Source: Octopus vulgaris
Taxonomy: Eukaryota
Direction: 5' to 3'
NCBI GenBank assembly: GCA_951406725.2
Contig: OX597823.1
Coordinates: 65,534,001 to 65,598,000, forward strand
DNA length: 64,000 bases
The notes beneath the pieces were generated by a model. It worked only from the letters and a program-made list of their open reading frames with translations. It did no database searches and had not been told where the DNA came from. The translations under genes were made by a program, and so were the position numbers. Below, in pieces: positions 12,100 to 26,744 of this stretch. How positions within the stretch are numbered: the first letter of the stretch is position 1; each line of letters opens with the position of its first letter.

Positions 12100-14300
12100 T
12101 TCACTAATTCTCCGTCAATTGTATCGAATGAATTTCGTCTTATTAGTACCTATGTGATTGTTTTGATTGTGTATGATTTCAATGTCTGAATGCAAGGCGA
12201 TACTTCATGCTTTAACTATAAGCATGTACCTACACGTGATATCACATGAATCTATGTATTGTTTTAATTTGCTGTTTTGAACTTTGCATTGTGCATCAGG
12301 GAGGGATAATTTAAAGTTTGCCTATTTCATTTGTAGCTTTTGGTGGTATCATCGAATGCATTTGTTAATGGGAAACTAGATGAACAAAGAACTGAGAACA
12401 AGGTGTCTCCCTGAAGACTGTACATATGTGACAGAAGTTCTTTTCATTAGAATTTTCAATTCTCCATATGGTGTCAGTGTTGTTGATTCAGTTTTAACCG
12501 CAATGGCTGCTATAATACCTTAATATTGAGGTTGTCTGTTTTACGTACAATTTCTACATCATCGTTATGCTTAGAATACTGCCGAAAGAATTTTGATGAT
12601 CAATCAATGCTCTATTTTTAATATATTCAATAATTGATTCAGTTTAAGAATAGCTCTCCTTTTCATTTACTTATCCTGTTTGATAATGTATCTCTTTCTT
12701 CAGCAAGATATTTGTCTTCCAATATGAACAAACTGCCTGGTGAAGAATATCGATAACAGATTTTGCTTTTGTTATTTATTGAAAACTGGTTATCGGTCAG
12801 TTAGTTTTTGAAATCACCACTGTTTGTATTTGGGGGAATTTATAATGTTTTCTTTACTCGCCAGACGGCTATTGAATCTGGTCTTTCTACCATTTCCATG
12901 ATAGCAGTTGCTTTCAGTTAATGTTTGCTGCCTGTATATGCTAACCAAAATATTTATTCAAAATCAATGATATGAGATTGCTGTTAGTTCCAAAGCATCA
13001 TGGTTGTATTGGTAAATAAATTTCTCACTAGTTATGATGGTCATGTTTGCCTGGTTGTGTTTATTCTTACTCCTAATTTCTTTTTTATATAAATGAACTA
13101 AGTGATTCAAAATCTAAGGTATAATAAAAAAATTTATTAAGGTCTTCTGAGATGTGGTATGTAGCTTGAATTGTGCTATATTCGTTCAGTTTAATGTGGA
13201 TTTCAGTGTGTGTAACCTCAATTGCTTAATATACTATTTGTTCAGGAGTGTATAACAAATTTTTTCCTCATGTTGGTACTATATCTTCATGGCTCCTAAC
13301 TTTAATAAGTAGGTAGTTTGACTTCATTTCTCTGTTTATGTACAAGTGTATATTAGAATATTGATATTCTACTATTATTAAATGCTGTTGGTGATGTAGC
13401 GTATGTTTTACTACCTACATCTTGTTTGTGTAAACTCTGTATTATAGCACTGTGTTCTGCACCTTTGCTTGAATGCTAGGAATATAAGAATTTAGTCCTG
13501 GGAGTATGCAAACAGTCAACAGAATCTGTTTTTTAAATATATTTATTGCTTAATGTTATACTGAAAGGCTTTCATTCTTTATTCCTTAAATAGGAGCTTT
13601 GGTGTCAGTTATCTAATACTTCGTGAAGATGTCGGATTGATTTACACTAATATGCCATTGGGAGTAAGCAAATTCCTCAGTCGTTTGCTTAAGTTTACGT
13701 TTTCATGTTCTTCGTCTACTTCGTTAATCCTAAGTTTTTGTCATTTAGCTCCACCCGAAGAGAAAATCGTCCAAACAATAATTTTATACTTGTGTATAAC
13801 CGGGACTAGCGTTATCCAATGTCTCATTCCTCTTGATGAAATGGTAGCTTTTGATCTTAAAAAAATTTTGCTACTATTTCAGCAAATTGAACGAATTTGC
13901 TGAAGCTTTGCTTGCTGGCCATCTATATTTTTGGCTAAAGATTTACCACTATAAATTTTACCTTTCTTCTCCACTAGTTTATATATTCACACTTTTCTAT
14001 GAAAATAGCAAATACTATTTTTTTTCTTCACATTTCTTCACTGTTTGCATTAATTTAAATTTGCGTTCTGCTACATACCTGTGAACACATACGGAATATA
14101 ATGATTTTACATCTGTATGTTCATCAAATGACAAATTCAACCTGTCAGTCTGTAGTTTTGGCTGGTACATTCTAGATAGAGTAATTAATTTTCTTGTTTT
14201 CTTTCCAGTCTGCATAGTTCGTGCAGCTTCCAATTTATTACATTAAAATTATAGCTTATTAATGGCATGGTTAATGTATTAATGTCAAGTTTAATGTTAG
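12100..14300 (-). mobile_element. Heavily decayed RTE/RTE-X-like LINE (RT, probably APE)
   Basis: Minus-strand remnants TPYGE..., VLQGDTL (~12400-12480) and an ENIINSPK-like segment (~12830-12860), resembling the RTE motifs TPDGET, GVLQGDTLAP and IIPIPK. Many stops and frameshifts. Confidence 0.5.
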
Positions 14301-15810
14301 TTATTCGATTCTGTTCAGCGTGAAGTCTGCAAGTAATAATTTTGTTGAAACTTTTTCCTTCTTTTATTTATGATGATTGTGTTATGTCTTGTTCGGTAAA
14401 TTCTGTATATTTTAAATTTTAGCTGATCCAGGTTACTTTTACATATCAACATAAACCAGAGTTGAGGTCCTTTATGTTTTTTCCTACTGATATACAACTG
14501 AGAACTCAGCATAATTCGCAAGCCACCCGGCTAGTAATAATCATGTGTGAAATGGTTCTGACTATCTATTCGTGAAATACGTATATCGATTGTCGATGAT
14601 CAGATAAATAACCTGGTCAACGATAATCGATATCAAAATTCTCTGAGTACATAACCAAACTAATCTTCTTCTGTTACCAAAACTATTTTACTTTAGCTGA
14701 GTACTCAAAGGTTTTAACTCCAAATAGGAGACTTATCACGAGTGACGTTCTGGATTAAAGTAACTTCCAGTTTTACAGAAGTACTGCTTTCTAGACAATC
14801 ATGCCGCAACATGGCGTCCAATGATGCAAAAGATATATTTCCACTTACATCCTTGTTCATCGATTACCATACAACATGGAGTCAACAGGAAAAGGAATTT
14901 TAGTTATTCCATGTTACGGATATTTTTTAAAGAACATAATGTTTCTTTAACTTAGGATTTGCCAGTATTATACTAATTGATACGATATTCTTAGTGTATA
15001 TTCATATGGGATATATTTATCCATATCTCTTTTTAGAATGTTTTAGACGACTAATTTCTTCAAGTTATCGTGTATCTCGTACTTTTAACATAATTATTGA
15101 ATATAGCTATATAATTGTTATAGCTAACTACATAATATAGTTAGTTAATGTACTTACATATATTACCGTATTCATACACGGTAGTTCGAGATTCCTCGAT
15201 TGTGGGAGCGTATTTATGTGATTCCATTAATTTTTACGCGACTTACTTCCGCTTTCCTTTTTCCCAAAACTTCACCTACGGCGTTATGTGACTTTTATCG
15301 GAAAGCTATTTTTATAGTTGCTTCGTACACAATTCCCCCATGTTAAAACACCAGGTACCTGCTGGTCTGTTTTCATTCTATGCAACAGAATTTAAAAGAT
15401 TTTTTTTGTGTGCCCCAATTATAAGTACACACACATATTATATTTTAACATATATAATCTATATAAGTACACACACACACACAAACAAACACGCTCACAC
15501 GCACAAATATATGTATATGCACACGCAAACATATATGCTAGTGTGAACTTGCTGTCTTTAAGATAGAATATTTTAACTGATTTGAAATGTCATCATTCAC
15601 CCCATAGATTATATACATAAATATACATACTACATGAACGTGTGAAAAACGGTGGCAAGACAGGCAACATGCAAGAAACTGGAACGTCGAAAGCGGACAA
15701 CGCAAAGTTAAAAGATGTAATATAATTACGTTAAAAACGTGCATTTTTAAGCCAAGGAAGATTTACTATCTACGTACTGCCGATAAATTTATATATATAT
15801 ATATATATAT

Positions 15811-17050
15811 GAAGCAAAAAGTATATATAAAATAACAGAAGGAAAACGCACAAACTTTACAAAGTTTCAATATATCTTTTTGATAAATTTTTAATATATT
15901 TTGTATTGTGTTTGTCGACCGGTTTCGCTTTCATTAATCATGACATTGAAATTATTGCAATTTCGCATTTTCTTAAGAAAACTTAGTCCAAGTTGTATGT
16001 GGTGAATTTTATGATTGAATGAGTCAACAAGTAGAAAAATCGAATGGGAGATAATTGGTGATCGTTATTATTGGGACAAGCGAAATAATTGTTCATTTTT
16101 CGAGGACGGGATAAAACTTAAAAGCTGAAGTACTGAGAAAAGATATGTACACTGATGGCTATGTGATCATGAATTAAAATATATACTGAGGTCAAAGTTG
16201 GTTACGCGTTCATATTTAGACGCATTCTCTATTTTTCGATGAACAAATTTTCTTTATTTAAACGTTCTTATATAGAAATTGTTTCTTTGCAAAGGAAGAT
16301 GAGGAAACCTGTGAAGTTTGTTGGGATATTACCTGCACATCTCTGTATTTATTCACTGAAAGGAATCTGTATTGTGGGAACCGTATCTGCTACTTATGAA
16401 GTGAGATTTTACGCCTCAGTGTCATATTTGTCTGTCCTATGTTGCTATGTCCACAACCTGAGAAAGTTATAACATAAATTAGATTCTCGGAAGCAGAAGT
16501 GAAATTGGTTTTAATTGTGAACCTCTCTCCTTGTTTGAGTAGGAATTCAAAACCTTCTAGAACTTGGAGCATGTTCCTCAGATTGGGTGCCCACATATAT
16601 TAACCATTACTTTCGTAGTTGTGTAAAGCTTCGCAGTTTCGTGAAGCTCTTTTTAACGATTTGTGTTGCTGTTTGCATTTGATGAATTTATGTTTTCATA
16701 ACGTGGTTCATTTTCCAATCTCAAGTGGGCATAGCTAGATTTTGTACAATAGTGTTGTATGCCTCATTGTTTCTAGTGCTGTAAGTTGACGTATACAGTT
16801 GTGTTTTGAGATGAAGTGTGGTGTTATGTTTTGATGCTCTTAGTGTTTTAATATCTAATTTGTTAGTACGCTTAATTCCATCGTCTATAAGTGAAGGTGG
16901 ATATTGTCAGTTAGTGTTTTTCTGGGGTTTTGAAGATGAAGATCCCGAGTATTTCTATAAGACACTACTGTGCAAATCCTTTTTGCCAAAATAAAGGAGA
17001 TATTTCTTTTGGTGTGTTTCGGGTGGTATAAGGTAAACAGGAGATATTGG
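15811..17050 (-). mobile_element. Penelope-like retroelement, 5'-truncated (RT thumb, linker, GIY-YIG, 3' tail)
   Basis: Minus-strand remnants QYLLFTLYHPKHTKRNI (~17000-17048) and KQGERFTIKTNFTSASENLIYVITFSGCGHSNIGQT (16390-16596), homologous to the 9979-10428 ORF. 3' end abuts (TA)n. Confidence 0.9.
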
Positions 17051-17800
17051 TTTATGTTATAACTTGCTTAGGTTGTGGACATAACTATACAAGACAGACA
17101 TGTATGACTCTGAGATGTAAAACTACAATTCATAAGGAGCAGATTCAATTCCCACAATACTGACAGACACCTATGAGTGAACACATGCAGAGATGTGCAT
17201 GTAATATCCAAACAGACTTCACGGGTTTTCCCATCTACCAGTGCAAAGGAATAATTTCTATATAAGAACGTCTAAATAAAGAAAATTGGTTCATCGAAAA
17301 ATATAGAATGCTTCTAAATATGAACGCATAACCAACTTTGATCTCAGTATATATTTTAAGTTATGATCATATACCCATCAGTGTACATATTGTTCTCACT
17401 ACTTCAGCTTTTAAGTTTTTGTGCATATTTATCCTCTCCTCGAAAGATGAACAATTACGTCTCTTGTCCCCAACAATAACGATCACCAATTACTTCCCCT
17501 TAGAATTTTTTACTTGCTGAATCATTCATTCATAAAATTCACCACACACAATTTGGACTAATTTGGACTAAGTAAGAAAATACAATAATTTCAATATCAT
17601 GATTAACGAAATTACAATAATTTCAATGTCATGATTAACGAAGCGAAACCGGTCGACAAACACAATACAAGATATATTAATGATATAGTAAAAAATATGT
17701 TGAAACTATGTAAAGTGTGTGCATTTTCCTTTCATTCTACGTATATTTTTTGCATTACAACTTATCACGTGGTGATAATCGAAAATCTCCCCTTTGTCTT
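17051..17800 (+). mobile_element. Inverted second copy of the same Penelope 3' portion
   Basis: 17051-17757 is a diverged reverse complement of 15811-16478 (GIY-YIG C-terminal half plus tail). HHR-like TGTC-ATGATTA-..GC-GAAA-CCGG-TC-GACA at 17627-17658, mirrored at 15913-15945. Confidence 0.9.
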
Positions 17801-18149
17801 ACTACACACACGCACGCACACGCATACACACAGACACGCAAGAACATACACACACACTCCATGCATTTTTAATGCAATTGATATTCGTTATTATAGTTAC
17901 TATTAACGTATATATGTAGAGCATGATTAAGACTATCTTATATTATTTATCACTCTTTGATACAAACCAAACAATAGAAGAGTATTGCTTGTTTTTACAC
18001 AACATGCAGTTTTATAATGAAATATTGTTACTTACAAAGCAAAAGTGAAGCGAAGCAAGTTGATATGTAACTATTTCATAGCAATGTAATCTTAGTATTA
18101 CAGGCGTTATAGCAACGGTCACGCTGACACAAATATGTCCTACCGATTT

Positions 18150-18400
18150 TACCTTCTCATAACTTCCAGAAAAATGGGTATTTTTCAAATAAAATTTTCT
18201 AGAAATACGCTTCAGATGGTGCAAATACCGATTATACCGGAATTTTGATGAAAAACCATTCCCGATGGTGGGGCGAGAATTTTCAGAAAAATCACATAAG
18301 TCGGGTTTGTTTCCCCATAACTCTCGGAAACATGGGTATTTTTAAATGAAATTTTCTACAAAATCCTTTCTATGTGTGTAAATACATGCTAACGATTCCG
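18150..18400. repeat. Two diverged subrepeats of a Helitron/DINE-like non-autonomous element
   Basis: CATAACT(T)C..GAAA.ATGGGTATTTTT.AAAT.AAATTTTCTA occurs at ~18158 and ~18316. Confidence 0.5.
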
Positions 18401-19561
18401 CCGAATATTGAGCTCAAGGGTAAGTGTCTTCAGTCTACACCTGGTTCTGTTTTCCATCGTTGCTTAGTGCCAGATGAAATGCAGTATGGTTTGCTTATGA
18501 TCATGACTCACATTGAGAAAACCCTAATGTTAATGTTTTAATCCTTCAAACATGTCGCCTCTACCCCAACCCAATATAAATATACCATCTATAATACAAT
18601 GGAGAAAGCTACTTATTAATCAGATATGTAAAAAGTACTAAAAATTCTAAAAGAAAGCAATATTAACACTTGACCGTCTGGAAATATTCCTATGAATTCA
18701 TGTTCTAAGAAATTTCCTATAATTTCGATTTGAGAAGGTTATTAAATTGTCGCAAATTTAAATATTCATTTCATTCACTGCGTCCAATTCTTCATAAATT
18801 CAAATATTCATTGCATTCACTGCCGAGTAGATTTTAATATTTAATAATAAACAATAATAATTCGTTGCAGGCGGCTTTTTACACTTTTATTTGCAACATC
18901 CCCCCTTCTCGCTCGTCTCTATTTTCATTAATGATAATTTAATAATAGCTATATGAAATAGATACGGGGCACAATTTCAAGAATATTATCTGTTTCCGGA
19001 GTCTGTTAAATGAATATTTTTGATAAAATGAAAATTCTATAATATACCAGTATAATTTTTCTTTTAAATGTTGAAGTGATTTTGTTGGTATGGTTTCTTC
19101 TTTTAATATAATAATTTTAGTATAATATTTAAGTGATCTTTTGTTGAATAAATGCAGGCTATTACAAAAAATAGCTGTATAACAAAGCACAATTTCAAGA
19201 ATATTACCAGTTTCCGGAGCTTGTCAAATGAATAATTTTGACAAAATGAAGATTTTTCAAAATACTGGTATAATTTTTTTTAACGAAGAAGTGATTTTCT
19301 TCGTATAACTGCTTGGGACGCCATAAGCCTTACAATAATAACTATGTGATCGCTGCTATTTCTAGCACGCTTAACAAGATAGTTTTTAGCGACCTTTCAC
19401 TTATACAATATTTTCATTTCATGTTTATTTTCCTTCAATGTTTGTAATGTTCTCTCCCCATCTCTCTCTCACACAAACACACTCACCTTGTCTCTCTAAT
19501 ATAAACACACACACACACGCCAGGTTTACGCAAATATCACATTTAAATTTTGCAATTCAAC

Positions 19562-20678
19562 ATGGGGCGTCCAAAAAATATGCGACCGAAAAGAAAAATT
19601 TTGCAGCAAAGATATAACGGCAGAGAGAAAGACGGGCAACTGAATCAGATGAAACCAGGGCAAAGCGCCTGAAACAAATGTCTGAATATGCACAGAGGCG
19701 TAGGAATGATTTTGGTTCCCCTACACAGGATCGACTGGTTAGGGTATTTCTAGGGGAGAATATTCTACTTTAAAATAATGGAGTCAGATCACAAATTGTT
19801 GACGCAACACTAAAAGAGATATTTTCTTTGGGATCATGTAGAATAGTGGAGTTGACAGCCAATCTAAGATTTCTTACAGAAGGTCATTCTGATGAAAGAG
19901 AGTTTGCTAATTACTTTCTTGATTTGGTGAATGGCAACATTTTTGTTGAGCAAAACCTAGGTGAATTCAAAATCAAACCACCCAATGACCATTGCCTTGA
20001 AAGTCGTACTCTTTGAGATTTATGTGACTTTCTATATGCTGACTTCAAACATAACTTCACAAACACTGTGTGGCTTGGGAATAGAACCATTGTTACTCCA
20101 ACAAATGAAGCAGCACAATTTGTGAATGATTTACTGTTGACCAATATCCTTGGTGAGCTAGAAATATACAGAAGCTCAAATACAGTAGATAATGGAAATC
20201 TGCACCTAATCGAGTTCATCAACAAACTTACACCATCAGGGTTTCCACCACACATACTCAAACTGAAGTAAAATGCTGCATAATGCTTCTGAGAACTTTA
20301 GATGCTACTAATGGACATTGCAATCGCACACACTACATCATTGTCAGTTTACATGATCACGCTATTGAGGCTGAGGTTGCTTCAGGGCCTAATGCAGTAT
20401 CAACTCTGCTAATCTCTAGAATAACAAGAAATGTAATTTCCATCCAGGTTTACACGCAATTTCCTGTCAAGGCAGCTTTTGCCTTGTCATGCAACAAGGC
20501 ACGGGGACAGACTTTTGAACAAATTGGAATATATGTTCCGACACAGTTCTTCTGAGATGGTCAGCTGTATGCTGCATTATGTAGAATTCCAAAAAAGGCT
20601 AATGTAAAACTGTTGGCTGAGAGAAATGGAAACAGCATGTTTAGTAACAGTTGTGTTTACAAGGAGATACTAGTTTAA
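19562..20678 (+). pseudogene. Helitron RepHel remnant: N-terminal RRAxE/STPR-like repeat fused to the PIF1-like helicase C-terminal half
   Basis: MGRPKKY...RQRERRATESDETRAKRL, then TPTNEAAQFVN, EFINKLTPSGFPPHILKLK, MLLRTLDATNGHCN, QFPVKAAFALSCNKARGQT, GQLYAALCR, VYKEILV*. Stops and frameshifts; Rep domain deleted. Confidence 0.92.
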
Positions 20679-20894
20679 AGCAAAATATGCTTTTTAACAA
20701 GGTTCAGTAAATACAATTAACACATAGTTAAATGTAAAGTGACAAATATTTCTGAGGAATTAATATTTTGGCATTTTTCAACACATTCCGGATGAACGAT
20801 ATCGTTATGTTATATCATTTTAAAGTTGGGCATATTTGAAAAAGTAATGAAACGCCGTTCATATGTGTTCTCACAGCACCAGATTTGTGTGTGT

Positions 20895-21043
20895 ATCCAT
20901 CCATCCATCCATCCATCCATCCATCCATCTATCGATCGATCTACTTACCTACCTACCTACCTACCTACCTACCTACCTACCTACCTACCTATCTATCTAT
21001 CTGTCTGTCTGTCTGTCTATCTATTACATATATATATAACTAA

Positions 21044-21122
<79 letters not shown>
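20895..21122. repeat. Compound tetranucleotide microsatellite (ATCC)(CCTA)(TCTG)(TATC)
   Basis: Direct reading. Confidence 0.93.
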
Positions 21123-21123
<1 letters not shown>

Positions 21124-22552
21124 GCATACCTACGTAAGTTCTACCAATTATTAATGATAAATATATACAACAGATTGACTCAGTTGTATATCTGCATATA
21201 AAGTTCTGTGATGTTCGTTAGCCAGTTAGTCACACCCTCTATAATAACCATATTATAGGTTTGACTCTCTTTGAAAATTTTTATAAATTCCTCTTAATAT
21301 TATATCGATAAAAAGACACTTTTGAAGCGTCTGCTATTATTTACTATCACAAATTTAAATATTTGTTGTCGAGCTTTACGTTCACTGTAGAGCAGGTCTT
21401 AATATTTGATAAACAATATAAATATATTCTGGCAAAATTTTTCGTTGTCATTTGCAACACGGCCTCTCACTTTCTCTCTCTCCCGCCTCTAATTGTTTTC
21501 ATTAACAATACTCTACTGAATATATATCCATTGCAATTTTTTCGCTTCAAGTTTCATTTCATGATTTCAGATGAACAAATCTGGTATTTTGTTCACTTAA
21601 ATTCACTGTGTAACTGCTCTCAGTTTATTGTTTTTACATACTAAAAATAAGTTATATTGCTCAATTTATTAAAACTGGGTGAAGCTTCGAACTCATGCGG
21701 CTTATTTCCTTCCCGTCATTATCCAAGAATAAGCCAGTGAATTAGTTGCTATGGCTATTTGATACGATATAGGTATTAAAATATCTCTATGTGATCGCTG
21801 CTATTTTTGGCACATTAAACGTTGCTGTATTACCTAGGTGTTTGCTTAAAAAAGCAAGATTATATCTGATAAAATAATGAAAATAATATTTATTAATCTG
21901 GTAAGCACTATAATACAAAAAATAATTAAACTTAAACTATCATAAAAATTATTAGAATTGGGCATCGAATGTGGAAATATTATCGAGGGCGGTCATTCAG
22001 CTAGTGTAATTAAAAGAAGACTACACTAGATAAAAGCAACGTAGACCTTTGACATACAGTATGCCACATTTGGAATAATAGAGCAAGTACTGGCAGTATA
22101 TGATTGGTATAGAGAAATACAAGAAACCTTGAGAGGACATCTTTGTTGTAGAAATAGTAAGCAAAACACACACAATTGATATCACACTACCTAAAGTAAG
22201 AAATTGTGGCTTAGATAATGTTTTTCTCAAGATGATTTCCCGAAATTTCAGGTATTTCTCTATTTTTATTGAATACTACTAGTCATATTATTTTAGTTGC
22301 GCCATGTTATTTGACAAATGTTTATTTTATTTTCAATTAGTTTATCTGTTATTTCTTTTTGTCAATTTTATTATACTAGATACTGTTAGGTTAGTCATTG
22401 CTTGCTTTAAGTATTAAAAAGTTTGGGATTCCCGCTGTTATCTTGTTAGATAATTTACTTTGCATTTATCACTGTCATTATTGTTCAAGTGGGTTTTATG
22501 CAGCAAGAATTCAATTAGAACATTACGAGTGGAACGAAATGAGCACTACAGT

Positions 22553-22697
<145 letters not shown>

Positions 22698-24449
22698 TCT
22701 TTAGCATTTCTTCCTCTAGATTTGACTGGAACTTGTCTCTCTAATTCTGTTATTTGAATATTTGTCTTGCATGCTTCCCTATATTACACTCGTGCATCAT
22801 CAGCAGGAGTGGTTTTGACAATTACTACACTGTTCTCATTCAAGTCACGTCTATGGATTCCAGATCATATTTAAGGATCTGGGAATTTACATGCTTGTAT
22901 ACAAATATTTATTTCATTGATCCTATTCCTACACTTGAAATATGAACTTTAGAAAGAAGCTTCTTTCTCTTGGCGGAGTTAGTTTCAAATATCATCGAGT
23001 AAGATCGATGAGAAGAAGTAGAAACTATAACGGTAATAATTTATTTCAAACATTGTGAAAGGATATTTTAAACATATGTTTCTAAAACCTATCTGATATG
23101 CAATTGTAACAGCATGTAAACAGTAGTCTTTTGTTTTATTTACTTAAATATACACAAATTTCGCAAGAGTTTAGCGTCTGAAAGATAAATATATTATTGC
23201 TTCTTGTGTTTCCAAAAAGAAAGAAAGGTAAAAAATATACATAAATGTAAATACTCCATAGTATATGGAATGCATAAGTTATTATATTTTCTGTTTTGTT
23301 TATCACCGCATTCAACAAAACGAAAATTTTGTAAACTTTGAAGTGTAATTACTGAGAAAAGAGATTTCTGTTTTTCCAAGAAGGTGATTTTCACGTTAGA
23401 TATATGATACTGACTCAAATATTATTCGCAAAGATATATTACTGTATATATCATATGTTAAATATAATCAGCTTTTGCCGGAAGCAACAGTCATTTATAT
23501 CGATTCTGCGTAGATGGAAGTCAAATTTCACATTAACGGGATTTGATCTCTGTGCGTAGGGATCCGGAAGAAATACTACAAAACATTTATTTTTCCGATG
23601 CTTTAAAGATTCTTCCAGTTCATCACCCTCATATTGTATTATAGTAATACAAACAAAAAAATATGATGACTAACAGGCATTGGCAGTAGAGTGGCTAGTA
23701 TAAAAATATAAAAGTGGACAAATGAACCAAAGAAGGAACTGTGCACACAGGAACTGCTAGGCATAGTAATCAAATTCCTATTGGAATTTATCTACCATAG
23801 AGGAAAAGAAAATCACAATAGAAAATATAAACTTCAGAACAAGATGGGCTATTCAAAGGACTTCAATTAAATGTCTGCTTTGCTTGAGAGAACCCTAAAC
23901 TAAACAACAACCACACACAACATACAAATGTACATAATTCCAGCGAATGAAGGCATTTTTAAATGGTTCCTCGAGTGCTAGTAATAGCAGTGTTTTCTTT
24001 CGTGGGTCGTTTACTATCACCTTGAAAAAATTGTAAGACATGACATAATGCAGTCCTTTATCCATAATGTATAAACCAACAAAAGGGGTGGCAAAGGCTG
24101 GAGTGCATTTGTCCATAGATCTGTTCGATCTGGGATATCACGGTATAAAAATATCACTACCACCACCACCAAAAGAAATACATGAAACCACAAAAAGCGA
24201 ACAAAAATATACTGGTTATCGGAGAGAGGACAACATGTTTACAGCGTTACATTTCACCCCTAACAATTAGCTATTGTATTAACAAAAGGGTTTTAAGCAC
24301 ACGGTTAATTGGTACATTTGTGAAATAATAGGTGTGCAGTCGACATCTGGCCAGATGACTGGGAATCAAACAGCGCTGTCTTTGGCGCATTTTAAAATAA
24401 CAAGAATTAGAAGCAAGAGCACCAGTACAACAAAAACATCAATTAATGA

Positions 24450-25260
24450 TTAATGCAAAGATGCATATGTTTGAGTGAGAGTAATGCGGTGGTTTAAATC
24501 TTTATAGATACATGATACAGATGTGACAAAAGGTATAGTTTATCCGAATTCTGAATAGTTAAATTCAATCTCACAAGGTGGTATCTATAGCCCCAGACTG
24601 ACCCATATCTCGTGAGTCGCATTGCAGAAACAGAAATTATATAGATGCATGTCGGTCAGATCTGTAATTCTAGGAGGAACAGCTCTACAAGCCTGTTATA
24701 CGTTGTGGCACACTAACTCTGAGGAAGAATTAAGCTAAAGGAAAATGAACGATCAACCACTCAACTGTTATATTCGGGAGCACGTATATCGGGTGGTCGA
24801 ACTGAATCTTCAGCGTCAAAATACGGAGATCTACAACAGAGGGAAATGGTAAGACATATTAGAAATTATAACTGAAACATAAAGAAGTACAGCAAACAAC
24901 TTGCGATGGATCTGTAATTAGTTCGCGTCTTTTAGTCTTACCATTATTTGGGAAAATAGCTAAACATCAAAGGGTTTGGGAATCTGGGATTGCTGATGGT
25001 GAGAAACTAGAATGCACTTCAAAAGTTTTCAAATAACGTATACACAATTCTCGCCCCAAATTTCTGACATGGCTAGTTATAAATGTGTTTGATCTATGAC
25101 TCTATAGTTCAACAAACTACACATTCTGATTTAAATCATTGAAAAAGCCAGCACAGTTGTGTACATTGTAATGTAATAAATATCTTTTTAGGAGGATTAG
25201 CTGTTTAAAGGAGCGATGGAAAACATAATTTGCAAAAATCACGAATGGATCACAGTTTGT
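24450..25260 (+). mobile_element. Decayed mariner-like transposase remnant
   Basis: Frameshifted remnants resemble YSPDLAPSD (CTCGCCCCAAATTTCTGAC, ~25050) and the mariner C-terminus GIxxLxERW..NG (GGATTAGCTGTTTAAAGGAGCGATGG, ~25194). Confidence 0.4.
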
Positions 25261-26304
25261 CTTTTCAGATTTTCACTTTTGAGAAGCGAAGCAAGGCAAA
25301 TCTTAAATGTAAAAATAACGAGAAAAGACCATTAAAATCATAAATTCGATAGTTCAAACTAGAAATCGATAGAAAACTTGATCCCATTAATTAATTAAAT
25401 TACCATACGTGGTTTCATGTGAATAATTATACTGTGTATTTCGTTCCACTCGTGATGTTTTTCTAATTGAATTCTTCTTGCGCAAAAGACACACAAACAA
25501 TAAAAATAACGATATATGCGAAGTGATTTATAATTCAAGCGCACACAAACACATGCATATATAGGTTTGATGCACATATATTCCAGTAGAAAGATGTTTG
25601 TGCAGGCGTAATTTATATATATCTGTGTGCGTGTGCATGTAAGTGTGTGTGGGGGAGGTCATGTATATAGGTATGCATATATGTAAGTTGTTTTTTGAAG
25701 ATGAAAAATTATTTCATTCTACAAATTAAACTGAATACTTGTTGAATAATTTGCAGATTGTTGGATTTTCCATAGACGAGTCTACATTTAAAGAAACCGA
25801 AACAACCTAACAAAGAGAACTAGCGAGATTGTGTATCTGATCGATCTACAGCTACATCCCATAGGGCAGTCATCTACGCTGGTTTCGTCTGTTCCATGTT
25901 ATTCACTCGGCTTGTGAGTACTCAATGTACGGTAAATGACAGCTGCTTATGATGACATGCAGCAGAACCCATCTCTTGATACTAAACGAATTTTTCTAAT
26001 CAGTCGGACATGCCTGCATCCACCTACAGATTTACCAGAACGATACTCGTGACTCGAAAGTGAATATGCCCTGGCAGTCTGTACCATGTGTTCACTCGTT
26101 CTTTTAGTTACCTAGGTAGACATAAGCAGACATCTGCATGCAAGTGCTCTCATTCACCTTCACCCTGTTGAACATCAAATGTGTGACAGTTAGAGGAGAG
26201 TCGTTCCCTAACATTAGACTGGCTCTCACAAAAAATGAAATGCGTTGCTCACAGTGCAGCTTCATAGATATGTACATGCGTATTCAGACACCTGTGTCTA
26301 TGCA

Positions 26305-26590
26305 TCTTTCACTTATTTCAGTCAGTATGCTACGGCACCACGTTGAAAAATTTCAGTTGAACGAACCAACCTCAAGGAACTTTTTGAAGCCTTGTATTTA
26401 TTCTATCGGTCACTTTGGCCAATCTGTGAAGTTACAGATACGTGAACACACCAAAACAAGTTATCAAGAGTTTTCTACTATTGATTGAAGCTATAGTATA
26501 GGATACCGGCCTAAGGTACCACAGTGTTAGACTTAACTTGGAACCACGTGGTTGGAAAGGAAGCTACTTACCGCACACCCACCCTGCGCC
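26305..26590 (-). mobile_element. SINE family A, diverged near-full copy
   Basis: Reverse complement has the head GGCGCAGGGTGGGTGTGCGGTAAGTAGCTT...CCAACCACGTGGTTCC and the family tail. Confidence 0.7.
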
Positions 26591-26744
26591 AATGTGTATC
26601 AATGCATTAAAAAATGTTATTTTCAAGATCTGTAAAAGATGTGCTTCCATATCCGGAATACAGATGTTTGAGAGTTTTGCAAATGTTCTCAGTTGTGTAT
26701 ATGTGTTTATATTTATCGGTTTTGGGTACAATGCGAGCAATTAC

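Larger units (their letters stand above)
18588..22004 (+). mobile_element. Helitron, internally deleted and decayed; ends tentative
   Basis: Candidate 5' A|TCTATAATAC at 18588 and 3' CTAG|T at 22001-22004. Contains Rep/Hel remnants and a ~218-bp tandem duplication (18968-19310). Confidence 0.6.

Noticed and set aside
19828-20678. Host PIF1 helicase gene
   Set aside because: Intronless, with stops and frameshifts, missing Walker A, and fused to a Helitron-type N-terminal repeat.
23895-24270. Overlapping 67-73 aa ORFs in unique-looking sequence
   Set aside because: No recognisable domain or clear splice signals.
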